This document shows positions 38,536 to 47,252 of a stretch of 64,000 nt of DNA, one piece after another (the stretch's first letter is position 1; each line of letters starts with the position of its first letter). The notes under the pieces were generated by a model that saw nothing but the letters and a program-made list of their open reading frames with translations, made no database searches and was not told the origin of the DNA. The stretch is taken from positions 5,909,591-5,973,590 of the forward strand of contig BFEA01000004.1 of assembly GCA_003427395.1 (NCBI GenBank). The letters run 5' to 3'. This stretch comes from Chara braunii (Eukaryota; Plantae; Charophyceae). The translations under genes and the position numbers were made by a program.

Positions 38536-39864
38536 TCTNNNNNNNNNNNNNNNNNNNNNNNNNNNNNNNNNNNNNNNNNNNNNNNNNNNNNNNNNNNNNN
38601 NNNNNNNNNNNNNNNNNNNNNNCTTCCCTTTCACTTTTTCTCTTTCATTCCTCCCTCCCCATGTATTAGAAAATACACGGGAATGAGCATCATTAAGAGA
38701 ACAAACAAAACATGAGCTGAAGACCTGAAGAAAAATGAACAGGAGTATTCTCCCACTTTAGTCTGCCTCCTTTCATACCGTGCAAGTGTGCCATTGAGGC
38801 ACAGCTGGCACTCAACCGTCATCAACATGGCCAGTCTTGTATTGGAGAAGCACAGTAAGAGGCGAGTTGCAAGAACAAATAAGATGGGACGCCTAGCTGA
38901 GGTGAACATAATCATGAAAAGGATATAATGGATCTATTGTGTTTTATATTGCTCTTAATTGTCCGGTTGGCTCATCTCAAGTGTGTCGCTTTGCTTGTAT
39001 AATCGCGGATTGGCTCATCTTAAAGTTGCTGTCGTTTTGGACCTACTCGTCTGTGTAGAACAATATATGCACACATGCACACTTTATGCAGAGTTCATCC
39101 TCCTGATGAGCTTTTTCTGTGGAGGTGTGTATGGTGAACGGGACAACACACTGTCACAGCAGATCCTTTTTTGTGGAGTTGTTTGTAGTAAAGGTGACAA
39201 CATACACAAGCGGACGTCACCAGGCATGCACAGGATACTCCCATTGATTTTTTCTTGGAGTCTTTGAAAGTCACAGGCACGCAAATCTGTCACAGGCGTG
39301 CTCTTTCTGTGGAATTGTGTGTACGGAACATGTCAGCACACAAACATGCACATAGGCATGCACACAATACACACGACATCAAGAATTCACCTACATCAAC
39401 TCATCTGGCTTTATGTAATTTTGTCAACATGCTGTGATTGTGAATGCAGGTTTGTGAGTTTTGATAATGCTGCTTCAGCTGAAAAGGCTATTCAACAATT
39501 GAATGGTGTAACGATTGGAGGAAGGCGGCTGAAGGTAGGTGCTCGCTCATTTCTTTTTCTTGTAACAAGTGATCTTATTGCTCTTCAGTGCATGTAATTT
39601 CTTGGAGGTCTGGGGCATAGCTGGTAAAATCAGGACTGGGGCATAGCTGGTAAAATCAGGACAAGTCGTGGGTGCTACAAGCGCCGCAAGGGCATTGTTG
39701 CTGGGGAACTGTTTTGTGCTTTGGAGAGTTAATTTTGATAATTTTGATATTTTTCCTTTTCATTGAATGTTCTGACTTTTAATTGATTTCTGTTGCCTGG
39801 TCCTGTGCAGGTTGAACGGAAACGAGGTGAGGAGAATGGCTCAGTTGGTTATCGACCTTACTAG
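1741..39864 (+). CDS. FCA: Spliced gene: FCA-like RNA-binding protein with RRM1-RRM2, G/P/M/Q-rich region, WW domain and C-terminal CELF-type RRM3 (22 confident exons from 2228; N-terminus uncertain)
   Basis: Hand-spliced exons all have AG/GT borders and matching phases. The translation contains [51 protein letters not shown], a WW domain ([26 protein letters not shown]) and RRM3 (GPPGANLF...GFGFVSFD...RLKV...RPY*). Confidence 0.93.
2228..2310 (+). CDS. FCA: FCA-like exon, RRM1 start: (D)[27 protein letters not shown]
   Basis: CAG/GTGCGT borders; RNP2 KLFVGSVPR as in FCA. Confidence 0.93.
3570..4420. repeat. Degenerate GC-rich minisatellite (CTGCTGTCGCCC/CCGTCTCTG units) within a pyrimidine-rich intronic tract
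   Basis: Many imperfect copies of ccgtctctg and ctgctgtcgcc; these explain the spurious long ORFs here. Confidence 0.6.
5400..6200 (+). mobile_element. Possible decayed non-LTR retroelement RT remnant
   Basis: Frameshifted pieces IQSLRGVQ / [10 protein letters not shown] and GIKFLG loosely resemble RT motifs; 28-bp duplication at 5761 and 5856. Confidence 0.25.
7667..7752. repeat. Compound microsatellite (CA)n-(GA)n-(GGT)n
   Basis: Direct inspection. Confidence 0.95.
8015..8093 (+). CDS. FCA: FCA-like exon, RRM1: [26 protein letters not shown](G)
   Basis: TAG/GTACGT borders, phase 0 to 1; matches the FCA LEVALIKDKRTGQQQG segment. Confidence 0.92.
10486..10888. repeat. Tandem repeat, unit about 144 bp, about 2.6 copies
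   Basis: ACGAGGTGTGATCnATGACCGnGAA...CACCGACTTTCTCAGGT recurs near 10488, 10661 and 10805. Confidence 0.9.
12450..13260. repeat. Degenerate tandem repeat, about 3-4 units of 150-240 bp
   Basis: Recurring TTTGCTGG...ATGATGGATGGATGTGTGCACT...TTTTGAGA motif near 12455, 12675, 12907 and 13061. Confidence 0.55.
18452..18534 (+). CDS. FCA: FCA-like exon, RRM1 RNP1: (G)[27 protein letters not shown]
   Basis: CAG/GTGAGT borders, phase 1 to 0. Confidence 0.94.
19448..19499 (+). CDS. FCA: FCA-like exon: [17 protein letters not shown](G)
   Basis: CAG/GTGAGT borders; FCA-typical VQVRxADGERER linker. Confidence 0.94.
19984..20051 (+). CDS. FCA: FCA-like exon, RRM2 start: [22 protein letters not shown]
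   Basis: CAG/GTAAAA borders, phase 1 to 0. Confidence 0.93.
20517..20583 (+). CDS. FCA: FCA-like exon, RRM2: [22 protein letters not shown](G)
   Basis: CAG/GTAAAT borders; matches the FCA GHVEDVYLMRDE segment. Confidence 0.94.
20731..21185. mobile_element. Two adjacent short inverted-repeat (MITE-like) elements
   Basis: TTTAAAGCGCCAGTACAC...GTGTACTGGTCGTTTGAA (20731-20909) and TTGAAGCACCAGTACA...TGTACTGGTGAAG (20905-21185). Confidence 0.55.
22474..22728. repeat. Tandem duplication, unit about 138 bp
   Basis: CTCCTGCTGCCCAACTTCTCTGT...GAGTCACCATCTGCCGT occurs twice. Confidence 0.9.
24353..24451. repeat. Tandem duplication, period about 55 bp
   Basis: GGGAGTACTGAGGnCGCGAAGTAACGTAAAAAGCTACCTAGGTA occurs twice. 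Confidence 0.9.
24494..24573 (+). CDS. FCA: FCA-like exon, RRM2 RNP1: [26 protein letters not shown]
   Basis: CAG/GTAGGT borders, phase 1 to 0. Confidence 0.94.
24850..25245. repeat. Imperfect tandem duplication, unit about 205 bp
   Basis: GATGCTCCTTGACGAGGTGGTGGT...AAGTCAATAAGCCA.AAGGTGTATGATATTGTCTGTTTGTGG occurs twice. Confidence 0.85.
25520..25590 (+). CDS. FCA: FCA-like exon, RRM2 end: [23 protein letters not shown]
   Basis: CAG/GTAATA borders, phase 0 to 2. Confidence 0.93.
26588..26635 (+). CDS. FCA: FCA-like exon: [15 protein letters not shown]
   Basis: CAG/GTAAGC borders, phase 2 to 2; RGG-like content. Confidence 0.85.
27405..27546 (+). CDS. FCA: FCA-like exon, G/M/P-rich: [28 protein letters not shown]...AGPM
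   Basis: CAG/GTATGC borders, phase 2 to 0. Confidence 0.88.
28301..28444 (+). CDS. FCA: FCA-like exon, G/M/P-rich: [22 protein letters not shown]...SQQQPQ
   Basis: CAG/GTATGA borders, 144 nt, phase 0. Confidence 0.88.
30199..30288 (+). CDS. FCA: FCA-like exon: [30 protein letters not shown]
   Basis: CAG/GTGAAG borders, 90 nt, phase 0. Confidence 0.85.
30521..30612. repeat. Short tandem repeat (ATAAGTGACAAACCTTGAGCGTCGACTGG), about 3 copies
   Basis: Direct inspection. Confidence 0.9.
31331..31486 (+). CDS. FCA: FCA-like exon, Q-rich: [30 protein letters not shown]...PLQQQ
   Basis: CAG/GTAGCA borders, 156 nt, phase 0. Confidence 0.87.
31547..31652 (-). pseudogene. U6: U6 snRNA copy, probably a retroposed pseudogene, antisense within an FCA intron
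   Basis: Minus strand reads AATTGGAACGATACAGAGAAGATTAGCATGGCCCCTGCGGAAGGATGACACGCAT, nearly identical to the plant U6 core. The 3' end is diverged and is followed by A8. Confidence 0.88.
32714..32917. mobile_element. MITE-like element with imperfect terminal inverted repeats
   Basis: TTAAACCGCCACTACCTT ... AAGGTGGTGGTGGGGTTTGAA; the interior resembles 48297-48520. Confidence 0.4.
33197..33244 (+). CDS. FCA: FCA-like exon: [16 protein letters not shown]
   Basis: CAG/GTGAGC borders, 48 nt, phase 0; begins GYYQ like the previous exon. Confidence 0.7.
33383..33574 (-). mobile_element. MITE-like element, same family as 20731
   Basis: Right end CAAGGCTGGGGCTGTGTACACTGGCTTTTTAAA approximates the reverse complement of the family left end. 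Confidence 0.4.
33984..34091 (+). CDS. FCA: FCA-like exon, WW domain first part: [36 protein letters not shown]
   Basis: CAG/GTGAGA borders; WW consensus W..H....G..YYYN..T..S. Confidence 0.93.
34424..34546 (+). CDS. FCA: FCA-like exon, WW end plus Q-rich: [16 protein letters not shown]...GMPIV
   Basis: CAG/GTGCGT borders; WEKP completes the WW domain. Confidence 0.92.
35379..35420 (+). CDS. FCA: FCA-like exon: [14 protein letters not shown]
   Basis: Polypyrimidine tract, CAGCAGCAG acceptors, GTGCGT donor, phase 0. Confidence 0.8.
35968..36027 (+). CDS. FCA: FCA-like exon: [20 protein letters not shown]
   Basis: CAG/GTAAGC borders, 60 nt, phase 0. Confidence 0.85.
36346..36430 (+). CDS. 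FCA: Exon, CELF-type RRM3 start: [28 protein letters not shown](G)
   Basis: CAG/GTGCGT borders; resembles the CELF/Bruno RRM3 start GPEGxNLFIYxLP. Confidence 0.92.
37638..37824 (+). mobile_element. MITE-like element, same family as 20731
   Basis: TTTAAACCACCAGTACACGACCCCAGCCTTGC ... TGTACTGGTGCTCAA. Confidence 0.55.
38148..38208 (+). CDS. FCA: Exon, RRM3: [19 protein letters not shown](G)
   Basis: CAG/GTGAGT borders, phase 1 to 2. Confidence 0.92.
39450..39534 (+). CDS. FCA: Exon, RRM3: [28 protein letters not shown]
   Basis: CAG/GTAGGT borders, phase 2 to 0; RNP1 RGFGFVSF. Confidence 0.93.
39811..39864 (+). CDS. FCA: Terminal coding exon: [17 protein letters not shown]
   Basis: CAG acceptor, TAG stop at 39862-39864; CELF-like terminal RPY. 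Confidence 0.92.
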   Translation, partial: VERKRGEENGSVGYRPY

Positions 39865-41522
39865 CCGCACAGCAGCATTGTCACTTACAAAGACTTTAGG
39901 TGTCCTGAAAGGGAGTAGGAGTGATGAACAGTAGGTAGCAGGATTTGAGTTAGGTGGGTTTCAGAGTGTGTATGTGTGCGAGAGAGAGAGAGAGAGAGAT
40001 CGTTGCTCCCTCGTCCGAATGGAAAGGGTTCCGTGCGGACGAGGAGAGTTATGGGCTTGTAAATATCATCAGAGCTTTTTGAATTGACGAGTGTTATTCA
40101 TCGCGCTTCAATTTGGCGAAGGCTTGTTTTGATCTCTGGCCCTCGTATTTGGTAGTCTGACCCGAAAAGCCGAGTACAGCGACCTGACAGTCCTGGCTGG
40201 TGGAATGGTGACCGCTCAAGACTGGCAACTGGCTGTTGTCTCTCTGAGCATTTTGAAATGTGCAGTTTGTTGTCCTCCCTTGTCTGCCTTCAAGGGTAGA
40301 CAATTCATCGCACTCCTCGAGGGTTTTGATTATGTATTGGTGGTTCTGTGTGCTCAAGCAAATGGGAAGAAGGTGCAGAAAAAACAGATCCTTCTCTTTC
40401 TGCAAGCGGTCTGTGCACTGCTCACTGCGCAGATGATTGGTGTCATGGATTCCAAGGGGGAAGGGCGTCCAAGGTGAGATGAGAGAGACAGCTTGGAACT
40501 TGTTTTTTGATCAAGTAGTGGCTGTTGATAGTGAACTTGGGGTACGGAACACCAGAAGGTTTGTGCGGGGGATTTATCGCACGCCTGGACTTAATTTGAG
40601 CTGACCTTGGTCTTTGAAAGTCTTTCATCGCAGTCTGATGAGTTGGTGCGGGGGATTTATCGCACGCCAGAAGGTTTGTGTTCTCTCTTGGTTCCATCGC
40701 AGGACTGAACACGTTCTCTGCTACTCTTGCATAACCTGCTTTTTTGTGTGTACGTACCTATGTGCCCTTTTCTGTGTTCTCCTGATATGCACCATATAAT
40801 GATGTATCATCCGTCACTGCCGGAAGCATGCACCATATAATGAAGAATCACGAGTGCCCAAGGAATGCAAACTTGATTGAGTTCCTATTTACCATGTGGG
40901 CACTGGAAGGAGTGGAATGCTGGGGAAAGCGAAACATCAGAGGTGGAAATATGCTCATATGCTGTGGGTGGCTGTAATCGGTATGATGTATGCAAGAGAG
41001 GGGCAGCAATCAGCTGACCGAAATTCTCCGCCTGTGAATTTTGGTGAGGAATTTGATGTTTGCGCCTCTATGACTCAAATTCTTGTGCCGTCATCCCTGC
41101 ACACCATTACTGTCAGCAATCAGTGCTGCTGATTAAACGCCGAGTCCTCTGCACATACATTATAAGATGCTGGAACTCACTTCCTATATATTTATCTGTT
41201 TTTTTTTCTTTTTTCGGTGCGGTTAGGGGGAGTTGGACAATTTGTCTCAACGAACTGCAAGTAGCAGCTATGGCATTTGGAAAGTTAAGCTGGTAATTAT
41301 TATTATTATATGTAATTGTTTTTGTAATGCATGAACTCTTCGGAGCCATTGCCAATTGTAGCCTGCGAATTGGGAGGAGTGAGAGGGGAAATAGAAGATG
41401 GGAAACCTTGTCTGGGACCTTGGGAAGGGGGTAGGGAAGGAACAATTGGAAGAGGCAGGTAATGGCCAAGATCTGGGGTTGGATGTGTAAGCGTGAACTA
41501 TAGCTGGTACTGCAATTGGGTT

Positions 41523-41633
41523 GGCGGCAGCCTTCTGGCCGTCCGTTAAAATTGGGACATAGCAAAAAGAAGATTAGCGTGGGCGGTGTGCAAGGATGAC
41601 ACTCGTGAATTGAGAAATGGCCCATTTTTTTTT
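41523..41633 (+). pseudogene. U6: Diverged full-length U6 snRNA-like copy
   Basis: GTCCGTTAAAATTGGGACATAGCAAAAAGAAGATTAGCGTGGGCGGTGTGCAAGGATGACACTCGTGAATTGAGAAATGGCCCA followed by T9 is colinear with plant U6; the ACAGAGA box and ISL are mutated. Confidence 0.78.
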
Positions 41634-41989
41634 AAGGGAAAAAAAGGATTGGGTGGGCAGGGGTAAACAAAAGCCGGAGGTACCGTGCACGGTTTGGCAT
41701 TGCGGAGATTGAAGGTGGTACACTGAATGATGAGTCGCTGACTCAGATTGGATCTTAGCAGATCATGTGAGCTTAAATTCATTGCAATTCTAGGTTGTTT
41801 TTCTGGGCCCCCTGGGCGGTCACTCCCTGCCTGGAAAGCTGCGCTGGTGCACGGACATGCATGTTCCCAGGGACGTCGAAGATATCAAACGGCCCGGATT
41901 TGGGCGCTTTTTGAATGAACTGCCCGCATGATTTTGCATGGGGGAGTGCCCTCGCGAAACCAAATGAACGATTCCTCATTCGACTTGCG

Positions 41990-42025
<36 letters not shown>

Positions 42026-42675
42026 CCCCTCCTCTCTGTCTAGGACGCTCCCCACTGTTGCGCCCGCCATTGACACGGTCTTCTTCTTCTTCTTCCTGTG
42101 TGTGTGTGTGTGTTTGTGTGTGTGAGAGATCTTGGCAAACTTCGCTCTCGTGTCGCACAACTCCTTGTCTTCCCCTTCACCTCTCCTTTTCTTTTTCTTC
42201 TTTTCTTCTCTTTGACTCATCTGTCACCACACCTTTCCTCTTCTTCTTCACCGTCTCTCAGAATCTTTTTCTTCTTCTCCTGCAGTTTATCGTGAGCGGA
42301 CCTGGCGCGGCCACAGCGAGAGAGAGAGAAGTCGGCCATCGTACGACCTTGGCCAACCTCGTGTCGACTTGGTGCGGCCAGCATAAAGGCCGTTCACCGA
42401 CGTCCACTTTTGGTACCACGCAGCAGTCAGTATCACATGGGAAGCCAGCCTGAGTGCACCAGACCACACGGGGTAATCACACGTGGATGCAGCTCATAAT
42501 TTCACCATTGCGCAGGGGTTAGCCTATCGTCTCTGTATTGTTCCAACTGTAACTTGTGTTCAGAAGGACAGAGGATGGTAATCACGTCTACAATAAGATG
42601 AAAAGTCGTAGGGAAAAGGAAAAAAGGAAGAAAGCCGTTGAAGAAAGCTGTAGCACGTGTATGACCTGCACCTTT

Positions 42676-42711
<36 letters not shown>

Positions 42712-43539
42712 GGACCATTGCATGACCTTGGTCAACCTCTCGGGAGGGTTGCATGACCCCTTCTTCTTCGTCTCACAGCAGATTTTTCATATTTTCCTTC
42801 TTCAGTCTACTGTGAGCGGATCTGACACTGAGGGAGAGAGCAGGGGAGAGAGACCGAAAACCCCATTATGTGTGTGTGTGTGTGTGCTGAAGACCTCCTA
42901 CTCGCCCCCCTGGACACCCATACCTGCAAAACAAAGTAAGAGGCCGGATTTGCGGTCCTCTCTGTATGCAAAGGAGATGCCCGATGGCAGGAGGGGGGGA
43001 AAAAATATCGTTTTCCTCGCCTGGATACGCTGGGCCCTGGGCAAGCTCCCTCTGGGGGACTTGCCCAGGTGCACGGCCGGGCCTAAAAGAAAACCGTTTT
43101 CAGTGGTGGCTGCTGTCTTCTATTTTCCAACTGTGGAAAGGCTGGTATTCTCTCTGTCAGGAAGCTTCGTCTGAGCTCGTCTGATCTCCGACCATTTTCT
43201 CAAAAACAGGCAGCGAACCGATCAGCCTGGGAAAGTTGTTGGTCGATGGACGTTCTTATAGTGCCCCGGCAATACAGCTGGATGAAAGTGAATACTCTTG
43301 GACATAATCGGAAGTGAAATTGTGTTTATCTACTCTAATTCATTGAATACTTTTCGGCCGCGATATGACAAGCATCTGTCCATGGTTGATGCTGCAACTG
43401 CCTGGATGTGGTGTCAAATATTTGTTTGTTTACTCTCTTTTTTTCTTCTTTCACTGTTCAATGTGATGTCGACTTCTGTTTGTTTCTCTGCTTTTTTCAC
43501 TTGCCCGTAATCGAAATGCTTTTAACAGGTGGTGCATCC

Positions 43540-45163
43540 CTCGGCCCGACATGTGCAACCTGCTCCCTCTTTCCACCTTACCTCCTCCCAGCCGCCTTTT
43601 CCCCTCCTTCCTGCCTTTTTCCTCCCTCCACTGGAACTTTGGCCGATGTCCTTTCCCTCCATCTGACCTTTCCACGATTGCCTTCCTCCCTCGCTCTGCT
43701 CGACCTCCTATTTTGAAGCTTCCCATCATCCGTGTTCACTTGTGTGCACTTGACTTTGGCCTAATCCCTCTGCCCTCCCTTCCCCAGCTTTACCTCTGTC
43801 CAACCTCCTTCCCACATTCCTCCCTTCATTCAATCGCTTCCCTCGCATCTCGGACGCCCTGTCCCCTCCCTCCACCTAACTTCTGTCGGACTTCCGCACC
43901 ACCTCCTCCATTTCTGCCCCTCTTGCCTTTCTTGCGGTTCTTCTTACCTCCTCCTGACCTCTTTTTCCCATCTCTGCGACCTCCATGCATCTAGCTCACC
44001 TCTGCCCTACCTTCATCATGTCTCCTCACCCCCTCCACTCAGTCTCCGCTGGATCTCAGTTCTAAGTGAGCTCATCCTCCACCTTCCGCCCTTCGTTCCT
44101 CCACTTGACTTTCGCCAGACTGCCTCTCAGGCACCACCACCCTCCTTCCTCGCTCCGTTGGCCCTCTCCTCCCTCCCGCCATTCCTCCCTCTTATTTCTA
44201 TTGGACCTCCACCCTTGGGCCTCCCCTCTCTCTCTCCATTCCTCCCTCCTATTTCTGTCAGATCTCCATGTCCTCCTCCCTCTCTCCACCTGATCTCCGA
44301 GTGACCACCTCCCCCCTTCTGTCCCTCTTCTGTTCTCCGCCTGATCTCCTTTCCAGCTGCTTCCCCCCCCCGTTATTCCCTTATCCCACTTGATCTTCGC
44401 TAGACCTTCTCCTTCCCTCCTGCTCGATCTCTGTTCTTCCTGTTGCAGAGCTCCAAGCCCTTCCCTCCTTTCCCCCTCCCCCACTTTGCTCGACCTCCAC
44501 GACCTCCTCCCTCATCTGATCTCCGTCAGAGTTTACCCAACCTCTTTTCCCCTCCTCCCTCCCTTTGCGAACTCCTCCCTCCCTCCCTCCTTCCATCCTT
44601 CGTACCTCCTTCCTCCCTTTGCCTGATCTTCATCCAACACTCCATGACCTCCTTCCTCCCTCCCTTGTTCCTCATATACATCACCTCTGCTAGACCTTTG
44701 CCTCCCTTTCCTCCTTGCACCCCTCCCTCCATTTGGCCTTCGCTGATCATCTCACTCCCTCCCATCCTTTGCCTGGACCTATTCCCTTCATACTTCCTCC
44801 AGACCTCTTCCCTCCCTACCCACATTTTCCCTCCCTTCGCCGACGAGCACCCGGCCTCTGTATCCTCTCCTACCCTCAGCCGTTTTTCTTCCTCCCTACG
44901 ACATGCCTCCACATGTTATTCGAATCTCCTTTGGAGCTCTGCAACCTCCACCATCCATCAAGCACCACCTACTCATCCCTCGTCTCGTTGTCTGCTTGCG
45001 TGCCACAGACATCTCTCTGGGCCTCACTTATTTTTCATCCTCGGCTCGCCTGCCACAGCCACCTCCCTTGGCCTCCCTCCTTCCTAACACTTCCCCCACC
45101 TTGCACCACCATCTACGCCTTATGCATCCTTTTGCTGGCCTTCGAGGTATATATTCCTACGTA

Positions 45164-45170
<7 letters not shown>
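43540..45170. repeat. Long strand-asymmetric C/T-rich low-complexity tract
   Basis: Dense CCTCC/CTTCC with recurring GATCT/GACCT motifs. Confidence 0.7.
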
Positions 45171-45216
<46 letters not shown>

Positions 45217-45417
45217 GAACCGACGAAGTGTTTTAGTCTGTCCACCGAGCGAGTATGCGCACTATTGGATGACGTACTTCATATGGGAGCCGTATTCATT
45301 TGTAGGATTCTACTTTTGGATAGGCAAAATCTCTGGACCACACACACACACGTTGTCTTGACGAATCGGGAAAGATTGACATTTTTGTACTGTATACTAC
45401 TGTGTACTGAATATGAC

Positions 45418-45478
<61 letters not shown>

Positions 45479-45512
45479 CCTTCCTCTCCGTATCCGTATT
45501 CTGGGGAATCTG

Positions 45513-46187
45513 GGGATCCCGACGGGGAAATCGACTAGCCCCATCCTAAGCATCTATCACATGCGCCATGGCCGAACTGTGGTTCATTAGCGGTCTGGGT
45601 TGTGATAGGAAACTGGTTGGGGGATGGCGAATTATGGACGACATTACTATCGTCGCGGGAAGAGAGAATCTGAGGAGAATGACCAAGACCAGGAGGACGT
45701 GTTCAGCCGATTTGAGGGTATCTACGACAAGAATCTGGAAGTAATCCGGAAAGACGAATGCAGACTGACCTGGAATTTTGTAGGACTGATGATGATTTGC
45801 ACAGGACTGCTGCAACTGCACTTCGCTCCGACCACGAAGAACACAGACGGTCTATACCACGAAGGCAAGCTGAGGTTCCAAACGATTCAGGATTTCCAGT
45901 CTTTTTCCGCTAAAAGCGTAAAAAGAGCTGTCCAATCCATGACAATCAGGAGGTTGTGGGATCAAGCTACCAACAAGCAGCTGGTTTTGGGAGCTATTGG
46001 GTACGTGGTTTGTGAAGCAGACCTCCGGGGGGTATCCCCAGAGGTCTCTCTCGGTGCTTTGGCTGATTTGGCCAAGGCTGTGCCGGACCGAGCACTGCAC
46101 AGGTTGCTCTCCGCGCTCACTTGTTCGGCATACACGTTAAAGATGAAGCGGGCCAACCTGCGGAAGAAGGAGAACGGGGCCGTATGA
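45513..46187 (+). pseudogene. PLE reverse transcriptase C-terminal remnant (at least 2 frameshifts)
   Basis: RT motif 4-like GxPxGxxxSPIL and catalytic IMDD lie in different frames from ORF 45624..46187. Confidence 0.75.
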
Positions 46188-46661
46188 GAGGGAGGCTAAT
46201 CCGAGTTCTTGGTCCACGGAACGGCGACTCGTAGCAGGAGGTACGGGAGGTTTTGATCTTTTTCGGGGTTTTTTCGTTTTCGATTCTCGACTTTTCGAAG
46301 TTATTTTCGGGGTTTTTCGGGTTTTCCCACTTTATTTTCGGCTGGCTTTCGTAGGGCTGTTCGGAAGCCCAGGCACGGCGGAGTCGGTACCTGACGACGG
46401 GAGAAGGGGAACTTAGTTTTGAAGTTTTTTGAAATTTTGCAATTCTGAAAATTAGAAGCAGACACCTGCAACAGCTGGATAGACCGCGGGGGACTGACTG
46501 ACTAATGGGGGATTCGGATGGACCCGGACTGAGCGGTCCGGAACGATACTTTAGTCAACGCTTGGGGAAACCGGTAATGGATCCGGACCAAAGGGGGCAT
46601 AGATTCGGGAAAATTGGGAGATAGTCATTGATGGGGGGGCTTTTGGGGGGGGGGTTGGGTT

Positions 46662-46818
46662 CGTAGGTCTCGATCGGCACACATATGCAGTCTTGACCGG
46701 CACAAGTTTCTACGTACTGTTTTTTTGGTTTTGTTGGTTTTCTTGTTTTTTTGGTTCGTAGGTCTCCATCGGCACACATATGCAGTCTTGACCGGCGCAA
46801 GTTTCTACGTACTATGTT
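46662..46818. repeat. Tandem duplication (period about 95 bp) in the PLE 3' region
   Basis: CGTAGGTCTCnATCGGCACACATATGCAGTCTTGACCGGCnCAAGTTTCTACGTACT occurs twice. Confidence 0.9.
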
Positions 46819-46945
46819 TGAGATTCGGTGTGTCGAGACAGGATGTAAGAGTCGGCCGAGGGGAAAGAGGCGGAGATGCTCAGTATAAAGTTCAGGGGAC
46901 AAGGCTTAGGTCTCCCTTTTCGAGCGCGAAGACTCAGAAGAGTCA

Positions 46946-46989
46946 CCCTCCTGATGATGCCCGTGCGGACGGGCGAAACCGGTCGAGGG
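46946..46989 (+). ncRNA. Minimal type I hammerhead ribozyme
   Basis: Stem I CCCTC/GAGGG, core CTGATGA, stem II GCCCGT-GCGG-ACGGGC, GAAAC, palindromic short stem III (ACCGGT), GTC cleavage triplet ending at 46984. Confidence 0.88.
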
Positions 46990-47109
46990 ACCGCATGCTG
47001 CTCTGTTTTGCAGTTTTCATACATGGGATACTCTATCTTCGCAACTGTGTGCTTTATGCTTGGAAATCTCTTTGCTATGGCTGCTCGGACTGTTTTGCCA
47101 CAGTTCGCC

Positions 47110-47111
<2 letters not shown>

Positions 47112-47158
<47 letters not shown>

Positions 47159-47159
47159 N

Positions 47160-47250
<91 letters not shown>
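47112..47250. repeat. (CT)n-(CA)n microsatellite
   Basis: Direct inspection; a matching (CT)n tract lies at 45420-45476. Confidence 0.95.

Positions 47251-47252
<2 letters not shown>

Larger units (their letters stand above)
45476..47112 (+). mobile_element. 5'-truncated Penelope-like retroelement (PLE) between (CT)n tracts
   Basis: Frameshifted RT: GIPTGKSTSPIL at 45513, WRIMDDITIV at 45625-45654, then a thumb-like region (QDFQSFSAKSVKRAV...EADLRG) ending at stop 46187. A long 3' region carries a hammerhead ribozyme. Microsatellites flank both sides. Confidence 0.78.

Noticed and set aside
45624-46187. Standalone 187-aa novel gene
   Set aside because: It is the frameshifted C-terminal part of the PLE RT; the catalytic IMDD overlaps its start in another frame.
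46391-46415. Second hammerhead core (CTGACGA)
   Set aside because: No stem II followed by GAAA. The other CTGATGA sites I checked (for example 29345, 40635 and minus-strand 63046) also lack the fold.
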